Shown here: piece after piece, positions 11,881-21,593 of the stretch
Position numbering within the stretch: the stretch's first letter is position 1
How the letters are laid out: each line of letters starts with the position of its first letter
DNA from: an uncultured Ectothiorhodospiraceae bacterium
GTDB lineage: Bacteria; Pseudomonadota; Gammaproteobacteria; GCA-002705445; GCA-002716945
Assembly: GCA_964342155.1 (NCBI GenBank)
Contig: CAYFEQ010000002.1
Span: forward strand, 35,197-99,196
Direction: 5' to 3'
DNA length: 64,000 nt
Program-made: the position numbers and the translations under genes
The notes under the pieces: model-generated
The model's input: only the letters and a program-made list of their open reading frames with translations
Told to the model about the DNA's origin: nothing
The model's database searches: none

Positions 11881-12463
11881 GAAAGATTTACTGTTAATAA
11901 GCTCCTGGATAAAACCATCCACAAAAGTTTTAGATTTAGGTTGTGGTGATGGAGAGCTTTTAAAAATTTTGAGACAAGAATATCATGTACATGGCTATGG
12001 TATCGAAAATGATATTGAAAATATAAAAAAATCAATTGAGAATGGAGTCAATGTGCTTCAAATAGATTTAGATTCTGGATTAAATGATTTTGAATCAAAA
12101 TCTTTTGATTATGTAGTATTGGCTCAATCATTGCAGGTTCTTAAGGATCCAAAAAAATTAATAGATGAAATGCTTAGAGTTGGAAATGAAATAATTGTTT
12201 CTTTCCCAAATATGGGCCATTGGTCTTCACGACTAAGTCTTATGCTCAAGGGGTCAATGCCAGTAACAGAAAATTTGCCTTATTCATGGCATGAGACTCC
12301 AAATATCCATTTATGTACGATTAAAGATTTTATATTATTTTGTGAAGAAAATAATTATAAAATATTGGAAAAATCTATCACAACCATAAATCAAAAAAAT
12401 AGCTTTCTTATAAAAAAATTTCCTAATCTATTTGGAGAAATAGCAACATTTAGAATTGAATAA
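11858..12463 (+). CDS. metW: Methionine biosynthesis protein MetW
   Basis: 201 aa; VLDLGCGDGELL methyltransferase-like motif; overlaps metX as in Pseudomonas metXW. Confidence 0.85.
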   Translation: MRSITVFRKDLLLISSWIKPSTKVLDLGCGDGELLKILRQEYHVHGYGIENDIENIKKSIENGVNVLQIDLDSGLNDFESKSFDYVVLAQSLQVLKDPKKLIDEMLRVGNEIIVSFPNMGHWSSRLSLMLKGSMPVTENLPYSWHETPNIHLCTIKDFILFCEENNYKILEKSITTINQKNSFLIKKFPNLFGEIATFRIE

Positions 12464-12913
12464 TTAGCGTATTTTTGCTTTTATGAAATCTTTATGCTTC
12501 ACATATAACAATTCAGCTATCTTTCTGATAGTATAATCTTCATATTTATCTATAACCTGATCAGCAAAAGCAACATCCCAAAGATTTTCCATAAGTTTCT
12601 TTTTATCTGAGTAAGTACAGGAATCATTTATTTTTGAGGTCCACTCATAAAGGGAAATTATTTCTTCACTTTTAGTATTAGCTATACTTAAAAGTAGAGT
12701 AGTTTGTTCATCAGATAGGTCAAAGTTTTCCTTACTAATTGAAAGTATTTTCTGTTTTTCTGCATCATCAAATTTATCATCTGATTTAGCTACTTCGATA
12801 AGCAATATACAAGTCGCTAAAACTAAATGATCATCAAATGAATTTAAAGTTTTTTCTGTAACTTGCGAATTACTTGATGAGACCTTTTCAAGTAAACTTG
12901 ATAAAAATTTCAT
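12464..12913 (-). CDS. TerB-family (tellurite-resistance-like) protein
   Basis: 149 aa; LVLATCILLIEVAKSDDKFDDAEKQKI and WDVAFADQVIDKYEDYTIRKIAELLYVKHKDFIKAKIR match the TerB-like domain pattern. Confidence 0.6.
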   Translation of the reverse strand: MKFLSSLLEKVSSSNSQVTEKTLNSFDDHLVLATCILLIEVAKSDDKFDDAEKQKILSISKENFDLSDEQTTLLLSIANTKSEEIISLYEWTSKINDSCTYSDKKKLMENLWDVAFADQVIDKYEDYTIRKIAELLYVKHKDFIKAKIR

Positions 12914-12923
12914 CAGCAGTTTT

Positions 12924-13253
12924 TTAGTTAAAGGTTTGTTTTAAGGAATAAATACCACTATTGTCATATTCATTAAAGAAAATTTCAACAAATGGATGAT
13001 CTATAGGATCCGTACTAGCGTCACGTAATAAATTACCTTCAGCGACATAAGTTTCATTGCCTTGTCCATGCACAAGAACATGGTACCATGGTTTATTTTT
13101 ATCCGGTCTCGATTTGGCAACACTCTGATACCATTCATCGGTTCCTTGAAAATAAGGATCTGCGTCCACTATTACCCCTCTATATCCAAATTTTGAATGA
13201 TATACTATTTGCCCTAGTCTGAATCTGGCTTTTTGTTTATAAGGGTTTTCCAT
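12924..13253 (-). CDS. hspQ: Heat shock protein HspQ / YccV-like hemimethylated-DNA-binding domain protein
   Basis: 109 aa; FRLGQIVYHSKFGYRGVIVDADPYFQGTDEWYQ matches HspQ core. Confidence 0.75.
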   Translation of the reverse strand: MENPYKQKARFRLGQIVYHSKFGYRGVIVDADPYFQGTDEWYQSVAKSRPDKNKPWYHVLVHGQGNETYVAEGNLLRDASTDPIDHPFVEIFFNEYDNSGIYSLKQTFN

Positions 13254-13315
13254 AATCTAATTATAGTATTTTGTTGGAGATATTAAAAGAATATTAGTTT
13301 ATTTTCTAAAATTGG

Positions 13316-14566
13316 CTAACTATATAGTAAAGTTACATTTAATCTTCTATCTACAAAATTATTCTTGAAGTTATATTTGTCTGTAGCATGGAATAATTTT
13401 GAGTTAAAAATTACAGCCCTATTTTCCCTGTAAGGTATCTTTATTTCTTTAGCATTATTCTCATTTAACATTTTTTCGATATCAGAACTATTTTTGATAT
13501 AATTGTAATCTTCAAAGCCCCAATCTTTTTTTGGGAATTTATCCCAAATTATTAATCCACCATTTTTACTATTTAGATTAGATTCTTCAGGAGTTATCCA
13601 AAAATTAACATTCACCTTGGCTTCATCCGCATGAACATTTATTCCATCATAATCACTATCATATTTATATATCCAAGCTTCAGTTAAGTTTAAATTTTTA
13701 AATATTTTTTGAAATGTAGTTTTGAGATTATGTGTTAATTCTAATATAAAAGTATTAGATAGTCCTTTTTCAAGAAAAGCACCAATATATCCATTTTGAT
13801 ATGGATATTTAAAAATATTAGCTGATAAACAAAATTTCTGTAATTCATACAATGCTTCTTGGTTTAAAAAATTATCTACAACAACGACTTCAGGAGATGA
13901 TTTTTTATAATCTGATTCTATTTTTGAAATATCATTGTCTATATTTATAAAATTCCCCTGAACGTGTTTGGGCGGTTTATTATAAAATTGTTTTAGTAGC
14001 TTTAATTTAACTTCATTATTTATTTCTTCCCCATTGAAAGTCCCTTCTTTAATTTTTTTATATTGTTTTCTTAAAAAAGTATAATGCTCACTACTAAATT
14101 TTGTGTTTCTTATTCCATCAGGGTCGCCATCAATATATGTTAACTGTTCAAATTCATGCTTAATCATTGATTTAATAGCATGAATATTACTCAATTTCTC
14201 TAAATCATTTTTTAAAAAATTTGATTCAGAGCTTGTTATTGAGTTTGATTTTTTAAAATACTTATCAGCTTCTTTGGTCTTACCTAACCAAAGTAATGAC
14301 AAAGCTAATTTAATACAAGTTTCTGGACTGTTTGGGTTTGTTGAAAGTGATTTCTTAAAACATTCAACCGATTTATGGATCAATTTCTCATCATTAGAGT
14401 CCTTAAATTTCAACTGATAAACTTCCCCTAATAAATGGTTGGCATAAAAATTTTTTTTATCAATTTTAAGGATACTTTCATAAATCTTATTTGCCTTGTC
14501 TAATAATCCCTCATCATGAAGTTTAAGTGCAGAATTTAATAATGTGTTTATATTTTCAATATTCAT
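13316..14566 (-). CDS. TPR-repeat protein fused to a putative 2-oxoglutarate/Fe(II)-dependent oxygenase domain
   Basis: N-terminal ~110 aa TPR-like helical repeats; C-terminal half has VVVDNFLNQEAL (P4H-like start), HxD (NVHADE) ... distal H (LFHATD) ... RxxxT (RRLNVT) facial-triad layout. Confidence 0.5.
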   Translation of the reverse strand: MNIENINTLLNSALKLHDEGLLDKANKIYESILKIDKKNFYANHLLGEVYQLKFKDSNDEKLIHKSVECFKKSLSTNPNSPETCIKLALSLLWLGKTKEADKYFKKSNSITSSESNFLKNDLEKLSNIHAIKSMIKHEFEQLTYIDGDPDGIRNTKFSSEHYTFLRKQYKKIKEGTFNGEEINNEVKLKLLKQFYNKPPKHVQGNFINIDNDISKIESDYKKSSPEVVVVDNFLNQEALYELQKFCLSANIFKYPYQNGYIGAFLEKGLSNTFILELTHNLKTTFQKIFKNLNLTEAWIYKYDSDYDGINVHADEAKVNVNFWITPEESNLNSKNGGLIIWDKFPKKDWGFEDYNYIKNSSDIEKMLNENNAKEIKIPYRENRAVIFNSKLFHATDKYNFKNNFVDRRLNVTLLYS

Positions 14567-14573
14567 AATATTT

Positions 14574-14646
14574 TGGCCAGGGACAGAATCGAACTGCCGA
14601 CACGAGGATTTTCAGTCCACTGCTCTACCAACTGAGCTACCTGGCC
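14574..14646 (-). tRNA. tRNA-Phe (anticodon GAA)
   Basis: 73-nt cloverleaf on minus strand; acceptor GGCCAGG/CCTGGCC, D-arm AGCTCAGTTGGTAGAGC, anticodon loop CTGAAAA, T-arm GGCAGTTCGATTCTGTC; near-identical to E. coli tRNA-Phe; CCA not encoded. Confidence 0.85.
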
Positions 14647-14653
14647 TATTATA

Positions 14654-14926
14654 CTATTTATCTTTTGGCACAAAACCTTCTGGGACTTTAGATCCATCAC
14701 CAAAAAGAAACTTTTCCATTTCTTCTTCTAAGAATTTTCTAGCCTTAGGGTCAACTGGAGTTAATCGCATTTCATTTATTAACATTGTTTGATGATTCAC
14801 CCACATATTCCAAGCTTCAGCAGAGATTTCATTCATAATTTTTACGCCAATTTCACCCGGATAAGGCTGATAATCTAGAGCTTCAGCTTCCTTTTTTAAT
14901 TTTGCACAGGTTATAATTTTAGCCAT
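14654..14926 (-). CDS. yggX: Fe(2+)-trafficking / oxidative-damage protection protein YggX
   Basis: 90 aa; [21 protein letters not shown] ... QTMLINE matches YggX. Confidence 0.85.
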   Translation of the reverse strand: MAKIITCAKLKKEAEALDYQPYPGEIGVKIMNEISAEAWNMWVNHQTMLINEMRLTPVDPKARKFLEEEMEKFLFGDGSKVPEGFVPKDK

Positions 14927-14928
14927 AA

Positions 14929-16008
14929 TTAATGTTTGAATAAACTTAAAATCTTTTCTTGAAACTTTGGTGTACCATATTCAATATCAGATAGATTATA
15001 CCAATTATCATCACTAAGGATAAGCTTTTTATTTGATTTAACTTCAAACAACCTTACTTTGAATGTAAAACTAATATGCGATAATTTATGTATAAAACTC
15101 CCAGATTTTAAATGCAAATCTCCTTTTAGATTTTTTTGTTTTAACCATAATGACATTGCTTTTTCATCTGAAAATAGAGGTGATGAATACAAACCTTTCC
15201 ATAGCCCATCAAATGAAATTTTTTTCATATAAAATTTTTTTTGATTATTAATGATTAGTGCGGTCCAGATATTCTGATTCCGAATAGGATTAACTTTTTT
15301 AATTTTAGGTACTTCAAAGGAATTATTTTTAAAAGATTTACAGTTTTTTTGTATTGGGCAATCATAACAAATTGGGTTTGTTTTTTTACATATAAGAGAA
15401 CCTAAATCCATCAAAGCCTGATTAAAATCAGATGCTCTATCTACAGGTAATAATCTTTCAGAGTATCCCCATAATTTATTTTCTATATTCTTATTATAAA
15501 TATGTGAATTAATTCCATATAATCTAGATAATAATCTTTTTATATTTCCATCTAAGATAGGTAAATTATCAATTTTTGCAAATGTTAAAATAGCTGATGC
15601 AGTTGTTCTTCCAATCCCAGGAAATTTTATTATCTCATCATAATACTTAGGGAAAATCCCATTGAATTGAGTAGATATTATTTGTGCTGTTTTATAAATA
15701 TTCTCCGCTCTTCTATAAAAACCTAATCCACTCCATGATTTTAATACCTCATCAAGACTAGATCTAGAAAGTTTTTTTAAATTTGGATATTTTTTAATAA
15801 AAGAATTAAAATAAGGGATTACAGTTGAGACTTGTGTCTGCTGTAACATTATCTCAGATATCCATATCTTATAGATATCGGTACTTTTCCAAGGAAGGTT
15901 TTTTCTACCATTTTGATCGTACCAATTCAACACTTTAGTGCTAATAGATAATCTCTTACTAGAAAGGCAATTTGATTTTTTCTTTAAGATCATCTTGTAT
16001 CTTTTCAA
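14929..16008 (-). CDS. mutY: A/G-specific adenine DNA glycosylase
   Basis: HhH-GPD domain, [21 protein letters not shown], 4Fe-4S cysteines CxxxxxxCxxC...C, C-terminal NUDIX-like domain; true start probably the internal Met (~15993). Confidence 0.9.
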   Translation of the reverse strand: MKRYKMILKKKSNCLSSKRLSISTKVLNWYDQNGRKNLPWKSTDIYKIWISEIMLQQTQVSTVIPYFNSFIKKYPNLKKLSRSSLDEVLKSWSGLGFYRRAENIYKTAQIISTQFNGIFPKYYDEIIKFPGIGRTTASAILTFAKIDNLPILDGNIKRLLSRLYGINSHIYNKNIENKLWGYSERLLPVDRASDFNQALMDLGSLICKKTNPICYDCPIQKNCKSFKNNSFEVPKIKKVNPIRNQNIWTALIINNQKKFYMKKISFDGLWKGLYSSPLFSDEKAMSLWLKQKNLKGDLHLKSGSFIHKLSHISFTFKVRLFEVKSNKKLILSDDNWYNLSDIEYGTPKFQEKILSLFKH

Positions 16009-16762
16009 TTAATTTATCTTTGAGTGGGCTTATGATCTCATTAATAATTATATCTTCGAGGTCTATAGAGATTTTTAAATCATCCATTTTTCCTTGTATG
16101 CGTATAGGTAATACTTTCCCATGTAAGTCTTGAGGATAATGATCCTTATATACCCCTTGTCGTAGACTCTTTTGATCCCTCAGTCTTCCTTCCATATTAA
16201 ATGAGACTTCTTTACTAACAAGATTAATTACACCCGTACCTCTTGCTTGTAGTAATTCTGACTTTATTTCTATATCGTTTATTTGCATATTTTCATTTAT
16301 AATTTTTGCTGTGGAGTATAAATGATAAATTTTAGTACTATTAACTTCATTAAGTGTAGAAAATTTTTTAAATTTTATTAATGAATAAGTTTTCATAAGA
16401 ATTTCATCGATATTTACTCCATAATAAATAAGATTGCTGGCAGCAACTTCTTCTGCATCAATTATCTGATTCATAAGGTTCTCTTTAGATATTGCAATTA
16501 CTGCTTCTTCTATATCAACAATTTTTTTATTAGGAGTTATACTATCATCTATAATTTTTATTTCCTTCATTGAAATGCTAGGGTTTGGATCATAACTCCA
16601 AGCTGTGCTGTTATATGTAAATTTATACTGTATTTTAGACGAAATATATTCTCCAATCTCATCTTTGAATGAATCTGGATTAAAGAAAAAGATAGTATAT
16701 ATGAATACCAAGAGTATAAATAAAGTAATAAAAGATATGAAATATTTGATAGTTTTTTTCAT
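15959..16762 (-). CDS. Hypothetical N-terminally membrane-anchored protein (possibly AsmA-family-like)
   Basis: 267 aa; single N-terminal TM helix, no recognisable catalytic motifs; located upstream of mutY, where Pseudomonas carries an AsmA-family gene. Confidence 0.3.
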   Translation of the reverse strand: MKKTIKYFISFITLFILLVFIYTIFFFNPDSFKDEIGEYISSKIQYKFTYNSTAWSYDPNPSISMKEIKIIDDSITPNKKIVDIEEAVIAISKENLMNQIIDAEEVAASNLIYYGVNIDEILMKTYSLIKFKKFSTLNEVNSTKIYHLYSTAKIINENMQINDIEIKSELLQARGTGVINLVSKEVSFNMEGRLRDQKSLRQGVYKDHYPQDLHGKVLPIRIQGKMDDLKISIDLEDIIINEIISPLKDKLIEKIQDDLKEKIKLPF

Positions 16763-17238
16763 TTTTTATATTTGTAATCTCCAGATTTTCCTCCAGTTTT
16801 TTCTATTAGCTTTATGTCAGAAATTATCATTGCTTTATCTAAGTACTTACACATATCATAAATTGTCAGTAAACTTACTTGCGCTGCCATCAAACCTTCT
16901 ATTTCTACGCCGGTTTTCCCAACAGAAGTAACTTCAGTTATGCATTCAATTTGATTTTTTTTATTATTAATTTCAAAATTTATTTTTACATTTGATATAT
17001 CTATAGGGTGAGCAAGTGGAATTAGTTCTGATGTTTTTTTCGCTGCCTGTATTCCAGCTACTCTAGCTACAGACAAAACATCTCCTTTTTTGTTTGTATT
17101 ATTTTTTATTGCAATAATAGTCTCATTAGATACACATATAAACCCAGATGCGATTGCTTTTCGTTTAGTTATATCTTTATCAGCAACATCAACCATCTGT
17201 ACATTGCCTTTTTCGTCAATATGATTATTTTTTTTCAT
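16759..17238 (-). CDS. moaC: Cyclic pyranopterin monophosphate synthase
   Basis: 159 aa; MVDV(A)DK, IPLAHP, ISDIKL motifs typical of MoaC. Confidence 0.9.
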   Translation of the reverse strand: MKKNNHIDEKGNVQMVDVADKDITKRKAIASGFICVSNETIIAIKNNTNKKGDVLSVARVAGIQAAKKTSELIPLAHPIDISNVKINFEINNKKNQIECITEVTSVGKTGVEIEGLMAAQVSLLTIYDMCKYLDKAMIISDIKLIEKTGGKSGDYKYKK

Positions 17239-17300
17239 TTTTTTATATTATTGGTGCTTTTTTAATTTTACAATATTACTCTGTAATTTATTAGACATAT

Positions 17301-17891
17301 ATGAAGATTATTCTTGCCTCTAAAAATAACGATAAGATCGAAGAAATCAAAAAGATTCTAGATAAAACTAGTATTGAACTTATTACCTGGCGTGATACTG
17401 CTTTTCCAGATGTAGAAGAGACAGGCAGTACTTTTGTAGAAAATGCACTATTGAAGGCAAAAAGCGCATCTCAAGCTACAGGACTAGGGTCTATTGCAGA
17501 TGATTCAGGGATTGAAGTTGACTACCTTGATGGCAAACCAGGTATAAAGTCAGCCAGATACGCTGGTGAAAATGCTTCAAATGAAGATAATAATACAAAA
17601 CTATTAGATAAGCTGCTTAGTGTGCCTTTTGAGGAGAGAAAAGCATCATACAGGTGTGTAATAGTCTATATGAGGTTCCCAGGAGACCCCTATCCATTCA
17701 TATCGTTTGGGTCCTGGGATGGATATATTGGATTGCAACCAAAAGGTAAAAATGGATTTGGCTATGATCCAATCTTCTATTTACCTAAATATAAACTAAC
17801 ATCTGCTCAAATCAGTTCCTCTGAAAAAAATAAAATTAGTCACCGCGCCCAAGCTCTTTCAAAACTAGAAGAATTTTTTAAAAAAACTTAA
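17301..17891 (+). CDS. rdgB: dITP/XTP pyrophosphatase (Ham1/RdgB)
   Basis: 196 aa; KIILASKNNDK N-terminus, FGYDPIF, SHRAQA. Confidence 0.85.
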   Translation: MKIILASKNNDKIEEIKKILDKTSIELITWRDTAFPDVEETGSTFVENALLKAKSASQATGLGSIADDSGIEVDYLDGKPGIKSARYAGENASNEDNNTKLLDKLLSVPFEERKASYRCVIVYMRFPGDPYPFISFGSWDGYIGLQPKGKNGFGYDPIFYLPKYKLTSAQISSSEKNKISHRAQALSKLEEFFKKT

Positions 17892-17936
17892 AAAAATAAG
17901 CTCAAAATGTTGGAACTCTTCTAATATAATAAACTT

Positions 17937-19433
17937 ATGCTTTTTAGAAAATATAAACCCCTGATTTTGTTTATTTTAGCTTCTTCTCTATTTTTAGGGT
18001 GTGCTAAAAATCCAGTATCAGGAATGCCTGATTTTGTAACTATAACTGAACAACAAGAAATTAGTATGGGAGCATCATATCATTCCAAAATTCTTGAAGA
18101 GAATAAAGTTATAAAAAATATTGAGCTTAATAATTATTTTAAAGATTTAGGGGAAACTATTGCCAAAAATAGCCATAGACCCGAATTAAACTGGAAATTT
18201 ACACTTATTGATAATCCACAATTTAATGCTTTTGCAACACCAGGAGGATATGTTTATTTTTATAGGGGCATTCTTCCATATTTTAATTCAGAAGAAGAAT
18301 TGGTTGGTGTTATAGGGCATGAGATAGGTCATATAACAGCGAGGCATGCAGTAAGAGGAATGAGTACAGCTCAAGTTACAAATATTTTAATTGGTATAGT
18401 AGCATCCAGAGTCCCAGGTAGTGGACTAACTGATAATGCATTTAATCTCTTAAACATGGCAATTAATAGAGGGTATAGTAGAAAATATGAACTTGAGGCT
18501 GACCAACTGGGAAAAGAATATTTATTAGCATCTGGTTATAATCCTTATGCAATGAAAGCTTTTTTGCAAGTTATGAAAGATAGGGATGATTTAGAAAGAA
18601 AAATAGCAGAATATGAAGGAAGGGAACCAATGGTAGGCTACCATGGAATTTTTTCTACCCATCCAGATACAGAAAAAAGATTAGAAAAGGTTATAACTGA
18701 AAAAGAATATCAAATTAATAAAAAAAGTAAAAACAAAGAAAAGTTTTTAAAAATGATTGATGGGCTAGTTTATGGATCAAGCCCCGAAGAAGGTTATGTA
18801 AAGAATAATGTATTTTACCATTCTGATTTAGCCATTAAATTTAGTTTTGATGATTCTTGGTCTCTACAAAATAATCCAACCAATATTATTTTAAATAAAG
18901 ATGATACTAAATTAGTTATAAATTTAGAGGAGCTTTTAAAAGATGACTTAGAGAATGGACTAACACCAAAAAAATTTCTTGATGATGGTATTAGCAAAAC
19001 TTCATTCTTGGAAAGAAATGAATTACTTGAAAATCAAGAATTTAATTTTAATGAGCTTATTGGTCATACCATGTTGTATAAATCATCTAGCGCATTTAAT
19101 GAAAAATATAAAAGATTTACAGCCATATTTGATGTCAAAGAAAAGAATCTAAAACCAAAAGTTTGGATATTTGTTTCTCAAAGTCCTGACATCTCAGGTG
19201 ATTCTTTCGCCAAACAGATAGTAGAGACGTTTTCAAAAATGTCTGATGTCGAAGTTAAAAATTCAAAAGGACTCCGAATAAAAGTAATAAGATTCAGGAC
19301 TGGTATGAGCTACGAAAGTTTGGCTAAACAATCGCCACTTGGTAAGTTTGCCGAAGATAAGCTTAGGCTACTAAACGGTCATTATCCTAATAAAAACCCA
19401 AAAGTTGGGGACCTCATAAAGATTGTACAATAA
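17937..19433 (+). CDS. M48-family zinc metallopeptidase, lipoprotein, with ~230-aa C-terminal extension
   Basis: Lipobox LFLGC after signal peptide; HEIGH zinc motif (GVIGHEIGHITARHAVR), downstream E for third ligand. Confidence 0.75.
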   Translation: MLFRKYKPLILFILASSLFLGCAKNPVSGMPDFVTITEQQEISMGASYHSKILEENKVIKNIELNNYFKDLGETIAKNSHRPELNWKFTLIDNPQFNAFATPGGYVYFYRGILPYFNSEEELVGVIGHEIGHITARHAVRGMSTAQVTNILIGIVASRVPGSGLTDNAFNLLNMAINRGYSRKYELEADQLGKEYLLASGYNPYAMKAFLQVMKDRDDLERKIAEYEGREPMVGYHGIFSTHPDTEKRLEKVITEKEYQINKKSKNKEKFLKMIDGLVYGSSPEEGYVKNNVFYHSDLAIKFSFDDSWSLQNNPTNIILNKDDTKLVINLEELLKDDLENGLTPKKFLDDGISKTSFLERNELLENQEFNFNELIGHTMLYKSSSAFNEKYKRFTAIFDVKEKNLKPKVWIFVSQSPDISGDSFAKQIVETFSKMSDVEVKNSKGLRIKVIRFRTGMSYESLAKQSPLGKFAEDKLRLLNGHYPNKNPKVGDLIKIVQ

Positions 19434-20337
19434 AAAAAATAAAGATATTGCATATGCTGTAGATACAACTGGTTTTGTGCTTAAGTATTGGTTTGCAATG
19501 CCTCAAATTCAAACTAAAAACTATGAATCGATTTCAGCTTTTCTTGGTTTCTGTACTTTCTTTCTCAAACTGCTCAAGAAAGTAGATCCAAGATTTATTA
19601 CTTGCGCATTTGATGAAAGTTTAGGAAGCTGCTTTAGAAATAAGATTTTTCCAGATTATAAAAAGAATAGAGAGAGTGCTCCACACGAGCTAAAAATCCA
19701 ATTTCAATTATGTAGAGAATTTTTAAATTTGATTGGAGTCAATAATCTTGCAAGCAATAAATATGAAGCTGATGATATAATAAATACATTATCTATAAAT
19801 AATCGGGAGGCTGGAATCTCTAATATAGTGCTAACTAATGATAAAGATTTATTTCAAATAATATATGAGAATGATGTTTGGTGGAATTTAAATGATAAAA
19901 AATATAGTCATAAAGATTTGGAAAAAAAACTCAATTTTTCTCCACAAAATCTCCCCGATTTTTTAGGTTTGATGGGAGACTCTGTTGACAACATACCTGG
20001 TGCACCAGGAATTGGTGAAAAAACTGCTTCCATTTTAATTAATAAGTATAAAAATATAGATAATATATTTGATAACATAGATTCAATTACGTCCGATTTG
20101 GGGAAAAAATTTCATAGATATGTAAATATAATCACTGAAAATAAGGATATAATTTGCTTATCGAAAAAACTTTCTACGTTGGAATATATTGATACTATAA
20201 AAAAAGATAATAAATTAATTGAAAGACAAAAAGTTGATCTTGGAAAAATTGATAGTTTTTTGATAAAAACAGGAATGAAGTCTGGGCAAAAAGATTCTTG
20301 GATTAGCCAAATAAAAAACTTATGTGAGGTTATATGA
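19423..20337 (+). CDS. xni: 5'-3' exonuclease / flap endonuclease (Xni/ExoIX-like)
   Basis: H3TH region GLMGDSVDNIPGAPGIGEKTA, EADD acidic cluster; N-terminus overlaps upstream peptidase gene by 11 nt. Confidence 0.7.
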   Translation: MYNKKNKDIAYAVDTTGFVLKYWFAMPQIQTKNYESISAFLGFCTFFLKLLKKVDPRFITCAFDESLGSCFRNKIFPDYKKNRESAPHELKIQFQLCREFLNLIGVNNLASNKYEADDIINTLSINNREAGISNIVLTNDKDLFQIIYENDVWWNLNDKKYSHKDLEKKLNFSPQNLPDFLGLMGDSVDNIPGAPGIGEKTASILINKYKNIDNIFDNIDSITSDLGKKFHRYVNIITENKDIICLSKKLSTLEYIDTIKKDNKLIERQKVDLGKIDSFLIKTGMKSGQKDSWISQIKNLCEVI

Positions 20338-21593
20338 AAAAAAATGTCTTCTATGCTCAATCCGGTGGTGTAACTCCAGTAATTAATGCTACAGCATTGG
20401 GATTAATTAAATCAGTAATAAGTGATAAAAAGAACTTTGGAAAAATATTTGCTGGCAAGAATGGGATAATAGGGGCTTTAAAAGAAGAATTAATTGATAT
20501 TTCTAAAGAAGATTTGAGAGAATTGGAAAAATTAAAATTTACACCTGGTGGAGCTTTTGGTTCTTGTAGGTTAAAGCTTAAAGATCCAATCAAAAATAAA
20601 AGAGAGTTTCAGAGAATACTTGAAGTATTTAATGCTCACAACATTGGTTATTTTTTTTATAATGGTGGTGGAGATTCACAAGATACCACACTTAAGTTAT
20701 CACAGTTCTTCAAATCAATGAATTATGATATTAAATGTATCGGCTTGCCTAAAACTATTGATAATGACTTACCAATAACTGATAACTGTCCAGGTTTTGG
20801 AACTGCTGCAAAATATATTGCGGTTTCTACGTACGAAGCATCACTAGATGTTGCCTCAATGGCAGAATCATCTACGAAAGTATTTATTTTAGAAGTCATG
20901 GGCAGACATGCTGGTTGGTTAGCTGCAGCTTCTGGAATTATAAAAACAACTGATGCTGATGCACCACACATTATTTTGTTACCAGAAGTTATATTCAATT
21001 CAAAGAAATTCCTTCAAAAGGTTGATCAAATAGTTAAAAAAGAGGGTCACTGCGTAGTTGTTACGTCTGAAGGGATTAGAGATAAGAAAAAAGAATTTGT
21101 ATCAAGTAGTAAAGATAAAGATAGTTTTGGTCATGCACAACTTGGAGGCGTAGCACCAAAACTTGCTGCATTAGTAACTACATCTCTAAAACATAAAGTA
21201 CATTGGTCAGTATCAGATTATCTACAGAGAGCATCGCGACATATTGGTTCAAAAATTGATGTTAGCCAAGCATTTGAATTAGGAAAGAAATCAATCCAAT
21301 TTGCTAAACAAGGAAGAAATGAAATTATGTTGACTATAAAAGGAAAAAAGAAAAATGGTAAATATGCTTGGTCCATTGGATATACAGAATTAAAAAATGT
21401 TGCTAATAAAGAAAAATCATTACCATCAAACTACATTAGCTCAGATAATTTTGGTATTACAAATAAATGCAAAGAATATATACTTAATTTAGTAAAAGGA
21501 GAAGACTATCCAACATATAAAAATGGTATACCAAAATATGCTAAATTAAAAAAAATTTTAATTAAGAAAAAATTAAAAAAATTTCTTCTTTAA
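20334..21593 (+). CDS. pfp: PfkA-family phosphofructokinase, probably PPi-dependent
   Basis: 419 aa (longer than ATP-PFK); LPKTIDND with Lys at the position that is Gly in ATP-PFKs; GGGDS instead of GGDGS. Confidence 0.65.
   Translation: MKKNVFYAQSGGVTPVINATALGLIKSVISDKKNFGKIFAGKNGIIGALKEELIDISKEDLRELEKLKFTPGGAFGSCRLKLKDPIKNKREFQRILEVFNAHNIGYFFYNGGGDSQDTTLKLSQFFKSMNYDIKCIGLPKTIDNDLPITDNCPGFGTAAKYIAVSTYEASLDVASMAESSTKVFILEVMGRHAGWLAAASGIIKTTDADAPHIILLPEVIFNSKKFLQKVDQIVKKEGHCVVVTSEGIRDKKKEFVSSSKDKDSFGHAQLGGVAPKLAALVTTSLKHKVHWSVSDYLQRASRHIGSKIDVSQAFELGKKSIQFAKQGRNEIMLTIKGKKKNGKYAWSIGYTELKNVANKEKSLPSNYISSDNFGITNKCKEYILNLVKGEDYPTYKNGIPKYAKLKKILIKKKLKKFLL

Noticed and set aside
12464-14646. Genomic island integrated at tRNA-Phe
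   Set aside because: No integrase, no direct repeat of the tRNA 3' end, and the genes are small conserved stress proteins. It is only noted as context in a finding.
14544-14792. 82-aa + strand ORF
   Set aside because: Covers the antisense of tRNA-Phe and yggX. This is an artefact of the six-frame track.
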